Assembly: GCF_001194135.2 (NCBI RefSeq)
Contig: NC_068983.1
Span: 76,111,339-76,175,338, forward strand
Source of the DNA: Octopus bimaculoides
Lineage: Eukaryota
Length of the DNA stretch: 64,000 bases
Direction of reading: 5' to 3'
Part shown: positions 12,320 to 24,302 of the stretch, piece after piece
How positions within the stretch are numbered: position 1 is the stretch's first letter
Layout of the letters: each line of letters opens with the position of its first letter
Notes under the pieces: generated by a model
The model's input: only the letters and a program-made list of their open reading frames with translations
Database searches by the model: none
What the model was told of the DNA's origin: nothing
Made by a program: the position numbers and the translations under genes

Positions 12320-12516
12320 TTCAAATTTTGGCACAAGGCTAGCAATTTCGAGGAAGCGGATAAGTCGATGACATCGATCCCGCTGCTCCACTGGTACTTA
12401 TTTTATCGACCCCAAAGGATGAAAGGTAAAGTGGACCTCGGCGGAATTTGCAGTCGGAAGGTAAAATGCCGCTAAGCATTTTGCCCGGCATGCTAACGAT
12501 TCTGCTAGCTCACCGC
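12320..12516 (-). mobile_element. tRNA-derived SINE (head GGCGGTGAGCTGGCAGAATCGTTAGCA family)
   Basis: Contains CTGGTACTTATTTTATCGACCCC.AAGGATGAAAGG.AAAGT.GACCTCGGCGGAATTTG and GCTAACGATTCTGCTAGCTCACCGC, which recur at 20.0, 41.8, 46.2, 51.6 and 60.1-60.8 kb. Confidence 0.85.
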
Positions 12517-12744
12517 ATTCTTCGGGAATACATTATTACCAAGGTCCTCACCTTCAGAAGAGACTATTTCTACTAGCTGACTTGATATTTCTCTAACACA
12601 AGGAAAAAAGAAGAAAAAAAACTCTTACAGGGGCATATTTACTCATGACTATTTGAGATCCCAATATAAAATATGTCACTATAATTTGATGTGTCATAAA
12701 TAATCATGTTCTACAATATATATTTAGGACTTGTAGATATATAT

Positions 12745-12990
12745 TTGGTGTTGGCACTTCGTCGCTTACGACATCGAGGGTTCCAGCTGATCAGATCAAC
12801 GGAACAGCCTGCTCGTGAAATTAACGTGCAAGTGGCTGAGCACTCCACAGACACGTGTACTCTTAACGTAGTTCTCAGGGATATTCAGCGTGACACAGTG
12901 TGACAAGGCTGACCCTTTGAATTACAGGCACAACAGAAACAGGAAGTAAAAGTGAGAGAAAGTTGTGGTGGAAGAGTACAGCAGGGTTAA
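12745..12990 (-). mobile_element. SINE 3' part, same family as 37839-38484
   Basis: Reverse complement of the GAACCCTGCTGTACTC...GTCACACTGTGTCACG...GCACGTTAATTTCACGAGCAGG...GGAACCCTCG..GTCGTAAGCGACG.AGTGCCAACA block. Truncated by a gap. Confidence 0.88.
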
Positions 12991-13632
12991 TTTNNNNNNN
13001 NNNNNNNNNNNNNNNNNNNNNNNNNNNNNNNNNNNNNNNNNNNNNNNNNNNNNNNNNNNNNNNNNNNNNNNNNNNNNNNNNNNNNNNNNNNNNNNNNNNN
13101 NNNNNNNNNNNNNNNNNNNNNNNNNNNNNNNNNNNNNNNNNNNNNNNNNNNNNNNNNNNNNNNNNNNNNNNNNNNNNNNNNNNNNNNNNNNNNNNNNNNN
13201 NNNNNNNNNNNNNNNNNNNNNNNNNNNNNNNNNNNNNNNNNNNNNNNNNNNNNNNNNNNNNNNNNNNNNNNNNNNNNNNNNNNNNNNNNNNNNNNNNNNN
13301 NNNNNNNNNNNNNNNNNNNNNNNNNNNNNNNNNNNNNNNNNNNNNNNNNNNNNNNNNNNNNNNNNNNNNNNNNNNNNNNNNNNNNNNNNNNNNNNNNNNN
13401 NNNNNNNNNNNNNNNNNNNNNNNNNNNNNNNNNNNNNNNNNNNNNNNNNNNNNNNNNNNNNNNNNNNNNNNNNNNNNNNNNNNNNNNNNNNNNNNNNNNN
13501 NNNNNNNNNNNNNNNNNNNNNNNNNNNNNNNNNNNNNNNNNNNNNNNNNNNNNNNNNNNNNNNNNNNNNNNNNNNNNNNNNNNNNNNNNNNNNNNNNNNN
13601 NNNNNNNNNNNNNNNNNNNTATATATATATAA

Positions 13633-13800
13633 TCAATTTTTTTTCTCCGTGTTTTTCTCCTTGTCTCCGTATTCTTTCTGTTGAAGAGCGTAGCTCGAAA
13701 CGTCAAAGACTTTCCGTATTCCCGAGCGTCATACTAATATATACTTTTGTTATTTACACCACCTGTCCTCGTCTGTTGTTATTTTTTGTATATTCTCCCA
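13633..13800 (+). mobile_element. Short (TA)n-flanked interspersed repeat, copy 2 (possible Penelope-like element terminus)
   Basis: Homologous to 3354-3547 and 38612-38771; (TA)n on both sides. Confidence 0.6.
13673..13709 (+). ncRNA. Candidate minimal type-I hammerhead-like motif with a non-canonical core
   Basis: TCTTT-CTGTTGA-A-GAGC-GTA-GCTC-GAAA-CGTC-AAAGA: stem I (TCTTT/AAAGA), core CUGUNGA instead of CUGANGA, stem II, GAAA, and a GUC triplet. Activity is unknown. Confidence 0.3.
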
Positions 13801-13825
13801 TATATATATATATATATATATATAT

Positions 13826-14079
13826 GGAAGACCAGCAGTCGCCCATGCGTACCGGCGCCCCCTCTCCACGCCACCGATGTTATCCAAGGGAAAGGCAAAG
13901 GGGCCGATACCGTTTGGCACCAGTGACGTCGCAACTCATTTTTACAGCTGAGTAAACTGGAGAAACGTGAAATAAAATGTCTTGCTCAATAACACAACAC
14001 GCAGCCCGGTCTGGGATTCGATATTACAACCTCACGGTCGTAAGTTCGATGCTCTAACCACTGATCCATGCGTCTTCAC
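13826..14079 (-). mobile_element. Near full-length tRNA-derived SINE
   Basis: Reverse complement: GTGAAGACGCATGGATCAGTGGTTAGAGCATCG (A box) ... ATCGAATCCCAGACCGGGC (decayed B box), then TTGAGCAAGACA...CTCCAGTTTACTCAGCTGTAAAAATGAG central domain. Confidence 0.8.
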
Positions 14080-14209
14080 TATATACATATATATATATAT
14101 ATGTAAAACAAATAATAAATGAGTATATGCATATATACGTACAGGTATGTGTATGCCTACGTCTACCTGTATATATAGGAGCATATCTGGGTACAGGACT
14201 TTGCAAACA

Positions 14210-14247
<38 letters not shown>

Positions 14248-14524
14248 GTATCTATCTATCTGTCTATCTATAGACAAACGCACACATACACACACAAACA
14301 CACACACAAGATTCATGGAATGGAGTAGGGAAAGTCCGGGCTACATATCTTTCATACCGCAAGGAGGTACATGTTGACGCAGAGAGGATTCAAATCAGAA
14401 AAAATAATCCACAACGTTCCATCTCAATAAACCACTATTGTTCTTGACAGTTATTTTTTAAAAATATCCACTATGGATCGCTCGAAGCTAACTTGCTTCC
14501 TACACCTCCATCCCTGGATCTCAC

Positions 14525-14562
<38 letters not shown>

Positions 14563-16617
14563 GCGCACGTACACACGGACACACAGATTATGCACGTAAG
14601 TACATATGTGTGTGTATACAGGCACTAACAGTGTACATCTCTGTAAATATTGCAGGAAAACATAGTAATTCGGCTTACCTGTTTTGAACAGAACTAAGCA
14701 TTTTGGGGAGACAATGCTCAAGGCCAATCATAACGACATGAATTATAATCAATATAATCTACTTCATTCTAGTAAGAATGCATATTTTACTGACATCTAA
14801 GAAATAAATGAAAAATCGATGACTGCCAGGTTTGAAATCCAAGCTTTGATGTTGTTTTTTTAACACCCATTGGAACCTGATCAGGCAAACATATGATTAA
14901 TGTCATACCAGCAGTGATCATATTGTCTTTGTTTTTTTTCTCCCTTTCAGTCATGATATACCTTGTGATATATTATCAAATACAGCCTTTCTTTTCGAGA
15001 AGTTAGGGTTTGCTTTTCTATCATTCTAACGTAGATTTTCTTCGTTGGCTGGTAAAGTTTACAGTTTTAAATGTTTTTAGATGCCAGTAATATATAAAAA
15101 GCATTACTCTACTTCTGCTTCTCAATATATTCTTAGGAGTCCGTATTACATCATTTAAACTAAACTAGAGAAAGTTGTTTCGCAAGGTATGCCTTATTTG
15201 ATGCTGTTACTTAACTGCAAGTGAACTGATCTACGGTTAAAGGCTTTCCTACCATGATCATCACACTGTTCATTGCATATTTAGGGCTACATTATCAAAT
15301 TTACCTTACTTCCTTTTTTTTCAAGATGGTAGGGGGAAATTTTTGTCATACTGTATTCAGTCATAATTTTAATAATGTTAAATAACGTGTCATGATTGAC
15401 AGGGCTGTTGTATGTTATTTCAGGAAGATTTTGCTCCTGTTTTTTTCCAGGCCGAGTGATCACCAAGCGGGTTCCATGTTGGCTCAATTTACAAAGGTTA
15501 ACTGAGGAACTGGTGATTGTGGATATGTAAAAGTTGTGATGTATTGCTCAACGCAGTAGCAGTAGTTGCTGTAGTCGTAGTCGTAGTAGTACATGTTGTC
15601 AGGAGGTCGAGAAATTAACACGTGTTCATAAGGACCTAATTAACGAAAACTGATCGTATTTATAGCAGTTTCGAAAATTCACAAGCAAAAAACAAACATA
15701 CACAAACACACACAGATATACGCAACACACACAAATATACACAACGCACACAGAGACACACACACGCGCACACACACGCACACACACATACACATACACA
15801 TAGACACATACATATACACATAACCATAGCAATACAAATCAGCGTTGGTTAATTTCGATGGACTCGTTAATAGCTGTTACTTGCTGTTCTTGTTTGTTGA
15901 AGTCCTGTCAGTGTGCGGTGAAGGAGCAGGGACAACATTTACATCACATGGAATCATTATGACAGAGTGAATGTGAATAATGAAATAAATTTGAATTACA
16001 ACTTGTTGAACATATTTATGTCTGTAGAATGTCAGAAATGACAAGTGAATAAATAAACTGGAAGCAAATTTAGTCGCAGAATAATTTATCAGGTTTCAAA
16101 TCGGAAATTAAAACGTTGGGAACTAATTTAAATTCTTCCACCAAAATCGTAATATAAAAGAAACTTTAAGAAACATTTCCCACCACCGCAAAATAAAATT
16201 AGCTGTGTAAATGAACGCAGCTTCTATTGATTTGACATAGAGAACTAACCGATCTTATGTGCATTCATTCAACCCTAGTAGCCTTCGAAGCGAATCATGC
16301 GTATCTTTTGACTGGTTCTAGACGATACCAATCGGTGAACAAAACCGATATTTCCTCATGTTTAGCATCACGTTCTTTGAATATCAATAGACTTTCGATA
16401 TTTATTCCCCCCCCCCCCATTCTCCTCTACTCTATACATAGTTCACTTTTGTCATAATTTTACTGACTGGAACCAAATGCTAAATCGATTTACTACGATT
16501 CTTTTCGTTTTTGCTATATGAACCTATTCTTGAGTGAGAAGAAAATTCCATCATGTCTACGTAGACTAGAAAACTAAGTCTTAGTGTTAGTTCGTTGATT
16601 TCACAAACATGCTCTCC

Positions 16618-16648
<31 letters not shown>

Positions 16649-16964
16649 CACCTCTCTCTATCTTTCTCCCAAACCACCGAGAGAGTCGCTATGGGGTCAC
16701 CTAAAAGAAATAGCAGCTAAATCTCCCTATATCTTACACAGTCTTAACTAAAAGTGATAAATTGGACACTGGTGGGATGGTTATTATGGAATGAATTTAA
16801 TCATAGTTCTGTTCCATCAAGTCTGGCTGAATAATAGCTGCAATAAACCCTCTATGCCATTCTCTCTCTCTCTCTCTCTATCTCTCTTCCACTCGTTTTT
16901 CACTGCTCTGTTCTTAAATATCTGAAGTAGACAGATTAATTTCTTACTTCGTTTTCGTCTACAG

Positions 16965-17172
16965 TAGTGGTTCCCAAAGTGGGCGGTATTGCCCCCCTGG
17001 GGGCGGTGGAAAGTTCCAAGGGGGCGTTGAAGAAAAGTGAGGTGATAATGGAGTAGCGAGTTTTAGTTGTGAAATATAGTTGCTTTGAATTTGCTTCAGA
17101 AAGAGGTCTATGTTTGTAATAGTTAGTTGGGGTGGGGGCGCTAGGAATGTGACCTGGGTCTCAAAGGAGCAG
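16965..17172 (+). mobile_element. hAT/Charlie-type non-autonomous transposon, left-end fragment
   Basis: TAGTGGTTCCCAAAGTGGGCGGTATTGCCCCCCTGGGGGCGG resembles the CAGTGGTTCCCAAA termini typical of hAT-Charlie MITEs. No matching right end was found. Confidence 0.55.
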
Positions 17173-17432
17173 CATATATATATATATGTAATTAAAACCA
17201 TGCAACCTGGGACTTTAAGTTTCACCTGACAGCTCATTGAGCCAGTCGAACAAGCTAGCGGACGAAAGTATATTCCCATTTGATTTTGAAGGTAACTTTA
17301 AAATATTAGCTCTAGTTTAACATATACATGCACACAAACAAGCACCCATATATAAAGGTGTGTGTATATGGACTATATGTATTATAAATACACACACATA
17401 CACACATATATGATACAAAATTTATAACAATT

Positions 17433-18353
17433 TATACTAATTTATGATTTCATATTATATAATTATATTAAAGAGTGCGGATAAAATCCACCAACACGCT
17501 AGAGATAGACTCCAATGACTCTAAAAACCACATCTATACACCGTTAGCACAGGTTGCAAGCGGGTAGATGAAAAAAAAATGAATCAGATTTTTTTTTTTT
17601 AAAGATGATTAATTGTAGTTCGATTTCTGGCTTAGCGTCGTAAAACCTTTGCTGTCTTCAGTAAAATATGCCAAAGTATATAGATTCAAATATTTATACA
17701 TTCTCATACGAACAACATATTCGCACGATTAAATACATGCATTAACATTTACACACCAGTAAATGTATCATTTTTTCTCATCTCAACCACGTGCTTTTAT
17801 TATCAAAATAATCTCGCAGCGAATGCAATTTGATCAGAAACAAAATATATTTTATACAAAATTAGGGATAAAACCACTTTAATGATATAATCAAGTACCC
17901 AGCGTGAAATAAAAATGTGGTTTTATCCTTAATTTTGCATAAAATACATATTTTTTGCTCCTGATCAAATTGCATTCGCTGCGAGATTATTTTGATAATA
18001 AAAGCACGTGGTTGAGATGAGAAAGAATTAGATTTTTACTAGTGTAAATGTATGTATATAATCGTGCGGATGTGTTGTTCGTATGGGTATGAATAGATAT
18101 TCGCATCTGCATACTTTGGCATATTGTACTGAAGACAGCAAAGAGTTTTACAACCCTAAGCCAGAAATTGATCATCAATTAACCATCTTTTCTCAAAAAG
18201 ATCTTATTAATTTTTTCACCTACCCGCTTACAACCTGTGCTAGCGGTGTATAGATGTGGGTTTTGGAGCAATTTGGCGTCTATTTCTGGCGTACTGGTGT
18301 GATTCATCCGCACCCTTTAATATAATTATATTATATAATTATAAATTAGTATA
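17433..18353. mobile_element. ~920 bp fold-back (palindromic) element / long-TIR MITE
   Basis: Left arm ~17433-17877 is the reverse complement of right arm ~17917-18353, with a ~39 nt spacer. It includes a perfect 64-bp match (17774-17837 vs 17961-18024) and ends in TA-rich sequence. Confidence 0.9.
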
Positions 18354-18384
18354 TATATATATGTGTGTGTGTGTGTGTATATGT

Positions 18385-18529
<145 letters not shown>

Positions 18530-19994
18530 TACGTACATATATAATTCATATGTTTATATATGTATATATACCATCACATATACTTATTTTTGCACATATC
18601 TGTGTATACAGGCATATGTATTTGCATATATAAATGTATGTATATATCTTTGTTGAAATTCAGTTTCCGTTTTAAGTGTATACATAGTCAGGTGTGATCA
18701 GGTTCTGACTAAAGTATACACACCCAAATCAACAGAAAACGAGTAAATCATGCGCTTTCTTGCACTTATTAATCTCTATTTCCCGCGCACTCGTACACAG
18801 AAAACTACATAAAAAGGTGTAGCTATGTTTTACGTGTGTATGTATTCCGAATTAATGCCGAAAACTATATTATTGATAATTTCATGTTGTGTATGTTTAT
18901 AAAATGTTGAAGGTATAACAGCCAATTATAATTAATTGGGAATACGATTATCGATAGATCAAAGTATATAAATGAGTGTGTGTACGTATATTTGCATGTG
19001 TGTAGGTACGTGGTTATGCACTTTTGTGTATGCGTATATATGAAATCCCATAAATATAAGCCCAATACAGGCATATACATACGTACTTACATAAATGAAT
19101 ACATACATACATTCATACATGCATATAGATATATATATATGTGTATATGTGAATGAGTGTGTATGTGTATGTATGTGTGTGTGTGTGTTAAACTCAAATC
19201 CTATGATGCGTAAAAGAGAATCCTTGTATCAATAAGGCTAATCAACTATCAGTGGTAGCATACATGCATACATACATACACACATACATACGAATATACA
19301 TAGATACATAAATAAACATATATATGAGTGTCAATGATGTGTGTATGCGTGCATACAATGTATAAACGCACACACGCACGCATATATACATACACGTGTG
19401 TGCGCATGTTTGTGCGTTTTTGAATGTGTGTATATAAGCTGATCGGATTATATACAGTGCTGTAAATCTTATTAGCCAGTTTAATGTTGAGCCTTTTATA
19501 TTCACTAATTGCTTACCGAATTAGTTAGGAGAAACTGTATTAGATGTTTGTTATTTTTTGTTTAACGCTACAAGAGAACGTAGAGTTTGGGCTTTCAACT
19601 ACATCTCTCTAGTCATTAATCACTGAAAAATTGGGTTGTTAAGTTTATGATCAAATGTTAATATAGGGTGAATGGTTATTATTAAGAACGTACATCAACT
19701 GATAACTAGGTATCGCTATTTTTTCGTATTTTAATGGCGCTTGTGTGGAATGAATGAACATTGTGCAAAATAAATGCTACCAGTTATTCTTTTTTATGTA
19801 AGTTTATATAAAAATTTTGTTGGAGAGTAATAGGAATCAAAAAGCTGCTGATTAGATGTTAGGGGTGAATACGCAAATTGGATATAATATCAATATTTGT
19901 CATTGGAACGGTTTGGGTGCGCTTATATTTGCTTGTATTCTTTAAATGAACTTAGCCTTTCCTGTGTAGTCGTTTATATATGCATATAAGTTGA

Positions 19995-20150
19995 CAATTG
20001 GCAGAGTCGTTAGATAGTCGGATTGGTTTCTTTGGTTTCTTTGAGGTAACTGTTCTAGTTCTCCGCACTTTGATGTCGAATTCCGGCGAAGTCAAATTTG
20101 TCTTTCATCCTTTCGAAGTGTATAGATAAAGCACCAGTACTGAATCGACT
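19995..20150 (+). mobile_element. Decayed SINE (same family as 12320-12516)
   Basis: TGGCAGAGTCGTTAGA head and AATTCCGGCGAAGTCAAATTTGTCTTTCATCCTTTCG core. Confidence 0.65.
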
Positions 20151-21102
20151 TTTTATCTACATCTTTCCTTCTGTTTTTTACGACCTATTTGATGGGAACT
20201 AAGATGCTATCGAAGAGAACAACGAGGTTTATGTAATACAAATGGAGAAGAACAATAATAGCTGGTCTGGAGGTATACATTTAGTTGTACTAAATTCGGT
20301 GGCAGGAAAGGGTGTGTCTCTTTAATATAATGTCTTAGGCGGTGGAATGCTTCATTTTATGTAAGCGATTCTTTAATTATTTCTCTTAGATATGATAATT
20401 GGTGTAAAGGTTAGTCTAATGTAAGATGACACTTCTAGATTCGTTGCGGACTACAAATAGAATATTTCTGTGTCGTCCGTTACGTGTGAAGAATTCTTAG
20501 AGATTAGGAGATTTTTGGCGTGGTTACTGTTTGATTTATTTACTTTTTCGGGTATTCGTGTTTCAGGAAGAGTATGATTAGCTATGGTATGAGTGTGTAT
20601 GTGCGAGTATGCATGTATATATATATGTATATTATACACACACAGAGATAAATATATATATATATATATATATANNNNNNNNNNNNNNNNNNNNNNNNNN
20701 NNNNNNNNNNNNNNNNNNNNNNNNNNNNNNNNNNNNNNNNNNNNNNNNNNNNNNNNNNNNNNNNNNNNNNNNNNNNNNNNNNNNNNNNNNNNNNNNNNNN
20801 NNNNNNNNNNNNNNNNNNNNNNNNNNNNNNNNNNNNNNNNNNNNNNNNNNNNNNNNNNNNNNNNNNNNNNNNNNNNNNNNNNNNNNNNNNNNNNNNNNNN
20901 NNNNNNNNNNNNNNNNNNNNNNNNNNNNNNNNNNNNNNNNNNNNNNNNNNNNNNNNNNNNNNNNNNNNNNNNNNNNNNNNNNNNNNNNNNNNNNNNNNNN
21001 NNNNNNNNNNNNNNNNNNNNNNNNNNNNNNNNNNNNNNNNNNNNNNNNNNNNNNNNNNNNNNNNNNNNNNNNNNNNNNNNNNNNNNNNNNNNNNNNNNNN
21101 NN

Positions 21103-21209
21103 CCTTCATCAGTTTTCGGCTGTCCATCTACTCCCCATTTCGAGCAATCAACGACAATATGGGTCTTCTTATCTGAAAACCTGCTGTTCAACTCTCCTTA
21201 GAGACTCTT

Positions 21210-21210
<1 letters not shown>
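21103..21210 (-). repeat. Interspersed repeat fragment, homologous to 23446-23592 in inverted orientation
   Basis: 21103-21122 is the exact reverse complement of 23469-23488 (CAGCCGAAAACTGATGAAGG), with further similarity upstream (GCT.GA.ATG.G.AGTAGAT). Confidence 0.7.
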
Positions 21211-21270
<60 letters not shown>

Positions 21271-22698
21271 CACACACACATAATATACATTAAACGAATA
21301 AAAAACTACTCCGGGTAGGGTAATGTCGCTGGAAGGCATTCATAAAAAGTAACGTTTTAAACCAGTTGAAACATCAAGTTTACAAGTAAGCTCAATTTTC
21401 TGGTAAATTAACTTATAAGGAATGCTCGAATCACTAGAATTAACGTTAATAATGAAAATTAAAAGGAAGTTGCAGTACTAAGATATAGCCTTTGGAGCGT
21501 TCGCCTGTGTATGTACCTTTAGAGGACGTTTTTACTAGAAATGCTTAGTGAGAATTTCTCTCGACTAGTTCCCCTTGTATTGAGACCGTAATTTGGCACT
21601 TTCGAGAGAAAGTTCATAAAGGACGAAACCTATGTTCTTAATTCTCTTGTGCCCAAAGTCACAACAAACAGCAAATTAGAAGTGCTCAACTTAACGGAAG
21701 TGACATTAAACATAAAAATGATACCAAGTCGAAAATATCGAACTAGAAACCAATCTGAATGTGTTCCTAAAATATGGTAGCAATAATTGAAAACATTTAA
21801 ACAATAAAGAATATATTATATTTTATATGTGCGGATTCAGTTTGTGTGTATGATATCAGATCGAAGTATTCAGACTATATAGGTCTATTAAATATCTATA
21901 TAATATTCTGTATACAGTTGTCCAGAAACACTTATAATGAAAATTTGAACTAGATACATCAATGTATGCTGATGAAGAAATGTTTGTGTAATTCAAGTGT
22001 TTTCTTTCATAGAATTATGAAAAAATATTCAGAAAGGAAATATTTAAAACTTTCTGTTATCTGCATGCATGATTTATCTAAAAATTATCTACGCGATAAA
22101 TCATCAGTATAATGAATAAATATATCGAAGTTTCATCTAATTAATTAAGATATGTTTATTTACTTCACGTCTAGAAGTGAAGTATTTGTAATAAATATTC
22201 GCGTCCAATCTAGATAACGTTTTACGGGTATGTCTATCTACGTAATAATATTCTATAAGTTATGACTACTAAGAGTCACTAGTTTAGAGAAGGTGTAAAC
22301 TATTTAACACCATTTCAGGCTGTGTTCATCTAGACAATGGTTTCATGCTGTTACAATCTAGCCTGTACCTATATAAAGAGAATGGATAAATTTAAGGTTG
22401 ATAGTATGTGAATGGTTAACATATCTAGAAGCAGTATCTGTTTTCTTAACAACGAAAGACCATGTTTCAGTGATCGAAATTTAGCCGTACTTGTCGTCGT
22501 AGAGAGGATGAAAAAATATTTACATACTGCATATATTCAATTAGTACGATTCTATTTTAGTCAGCTAGTCAGTTTTAAGAGGAATTTTAAAGTAGATTTC
22601 CATTGCTATTTTCAATCATAGGAGCAGAGATAATTAATTTTGCAGTGAAATTCGCGCAAAGATGGAAATAAGCAACATAAATAATAATAAAAATAATG

Positions 22699-22746
<48 letters not shown>

Positions 22747-23445
22747 GTAATGAAACAACTTAGCAGAAACGCCTGAAAAAAGCATAAACGAAACAAAATA
22801 AGTCAGAACAAATGGAAATCGTAACCAAAAATATAACTAGAGAAAGACATTATGAATATATAAACGGAATGAAAGAGAAAATAGAAAAATAAAATGAAAT
22901 GTTAGATTTGATGAATGAGGTAGGGTTATTTTACTTGTAAATAAATGACAGCTTTATTGAAGAATGTAGTAGAGTTTTGTCGGGCGAACATTTCATTGGT
23001 CCACATTACTGTCACTTTGGATTGATCTCTGGATGAAAAGATGGCTTACAGTCTGTGTATTCATTTGTCGAGTTAGTTGCGTGAATTCCTGAGATGGCGA
23101 TAAATCTACTGATATATTCCAACATTGCCATGAAATACACCTTTCAACAACACGATCAACATCACCAACAATACCATGAACAACACCACCATTAACGCTA
23201 CCAACAACGCCATGCATAGACACAATCATATAGGTGGATATAGATGTTTCTCTACATCACTCTACTTATATACATACATATATATATATTTATACACATA
23301 TTTATATATATATATATATGTATATATATATGTATATATGTAAATATGTATATATATATACATATATATCTATCTATATCTATCTCTCTATACACACACA
23401 TACATACACACCCACACGCGCGCGCGCGTGCCCAAACATATATAT

Positions 23446-23592
23446 GCTTGAGATGAGAAGTAGATAAGCAGCCGAAAACTGATGAAGGGACGTTCTTTAT
23501 GTTACTTGTCCTGTTTTCCATTTGTTTCTCTCGTTGTTTGTGTATTCAACTCATTTGCCTTCGTATTTACTGTATGTGATGTCCTGTACCCA
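23446..23592 (+). repeat. (TA)n-flanked interspersed repeat fragment
   Basis: See 21103-21210. Ends ...GTCCTGTACCCA followed by (TA)n, like the 13633 family ending (...CTCCCA then (TA)n). Confidence 0.6.
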
Positions 23593-24222
23593 TATATATA
23601 TATGTATGTATGTATTACTTATATTATTATCTGATTGAACGCCATTTCCGTATATATATAAATATATACATATATATACAAAATGGGACAAGAACGCAAA
23701 ACATCCAGACAGTTAGGTGAAACAAGAAAGGGACAAAACACCCAGATANNNNNNNNNNNNNNNNNNNNNNNNNNNNNNNNNNNNNNNNNNNNNNNNNNNN
23801 NNNNNNNNNNNNNNNNNNNNNNNNNNNNNNNNNNNNNNNNNNNNNNNNNNNNNNNNNNNNNNNNNNNNNNNNNNNNNNNNNNNNNNNNNNNNNNNNNNNN
23901 NNNNNNNNNNNNNNNNNNNNNNNNNNNNNNNNNNNNNNNNNNNNNNNNNNNNNNNNNNNNNNNNNNNNNNNNNNNNNNNNNNNNNNNNNNNNNNNNNNNN
24001 NNNNNNNNNNNNNNNNNNNNNNNNNNNNNNNNNNNNNNNNNNNNNNNNNNNNNNNNNNNNNNNNNNNNNNNNNNNNNNNNNNNNNNNNNNNNNNNNNNNN
24101 NNNNNNNNNNNNNNNNNNNNNNNNNNNNNNNNNNNNNNNNNNNNNNNNNNNNNNNNNNNNNNNNNNNNNNNNNNNNNNNNNNNNNNNNNNNNNNNNNNNN
24201 NNNNNNNNNNNNNNNNNNNNNN

Positions 24223-24264
<42 letters not shown>

Positions 24265-24302
24265 CTTTAGTTTCAGCTCAGAGCTGTGGCCGAGCTGGGG
24301 CA

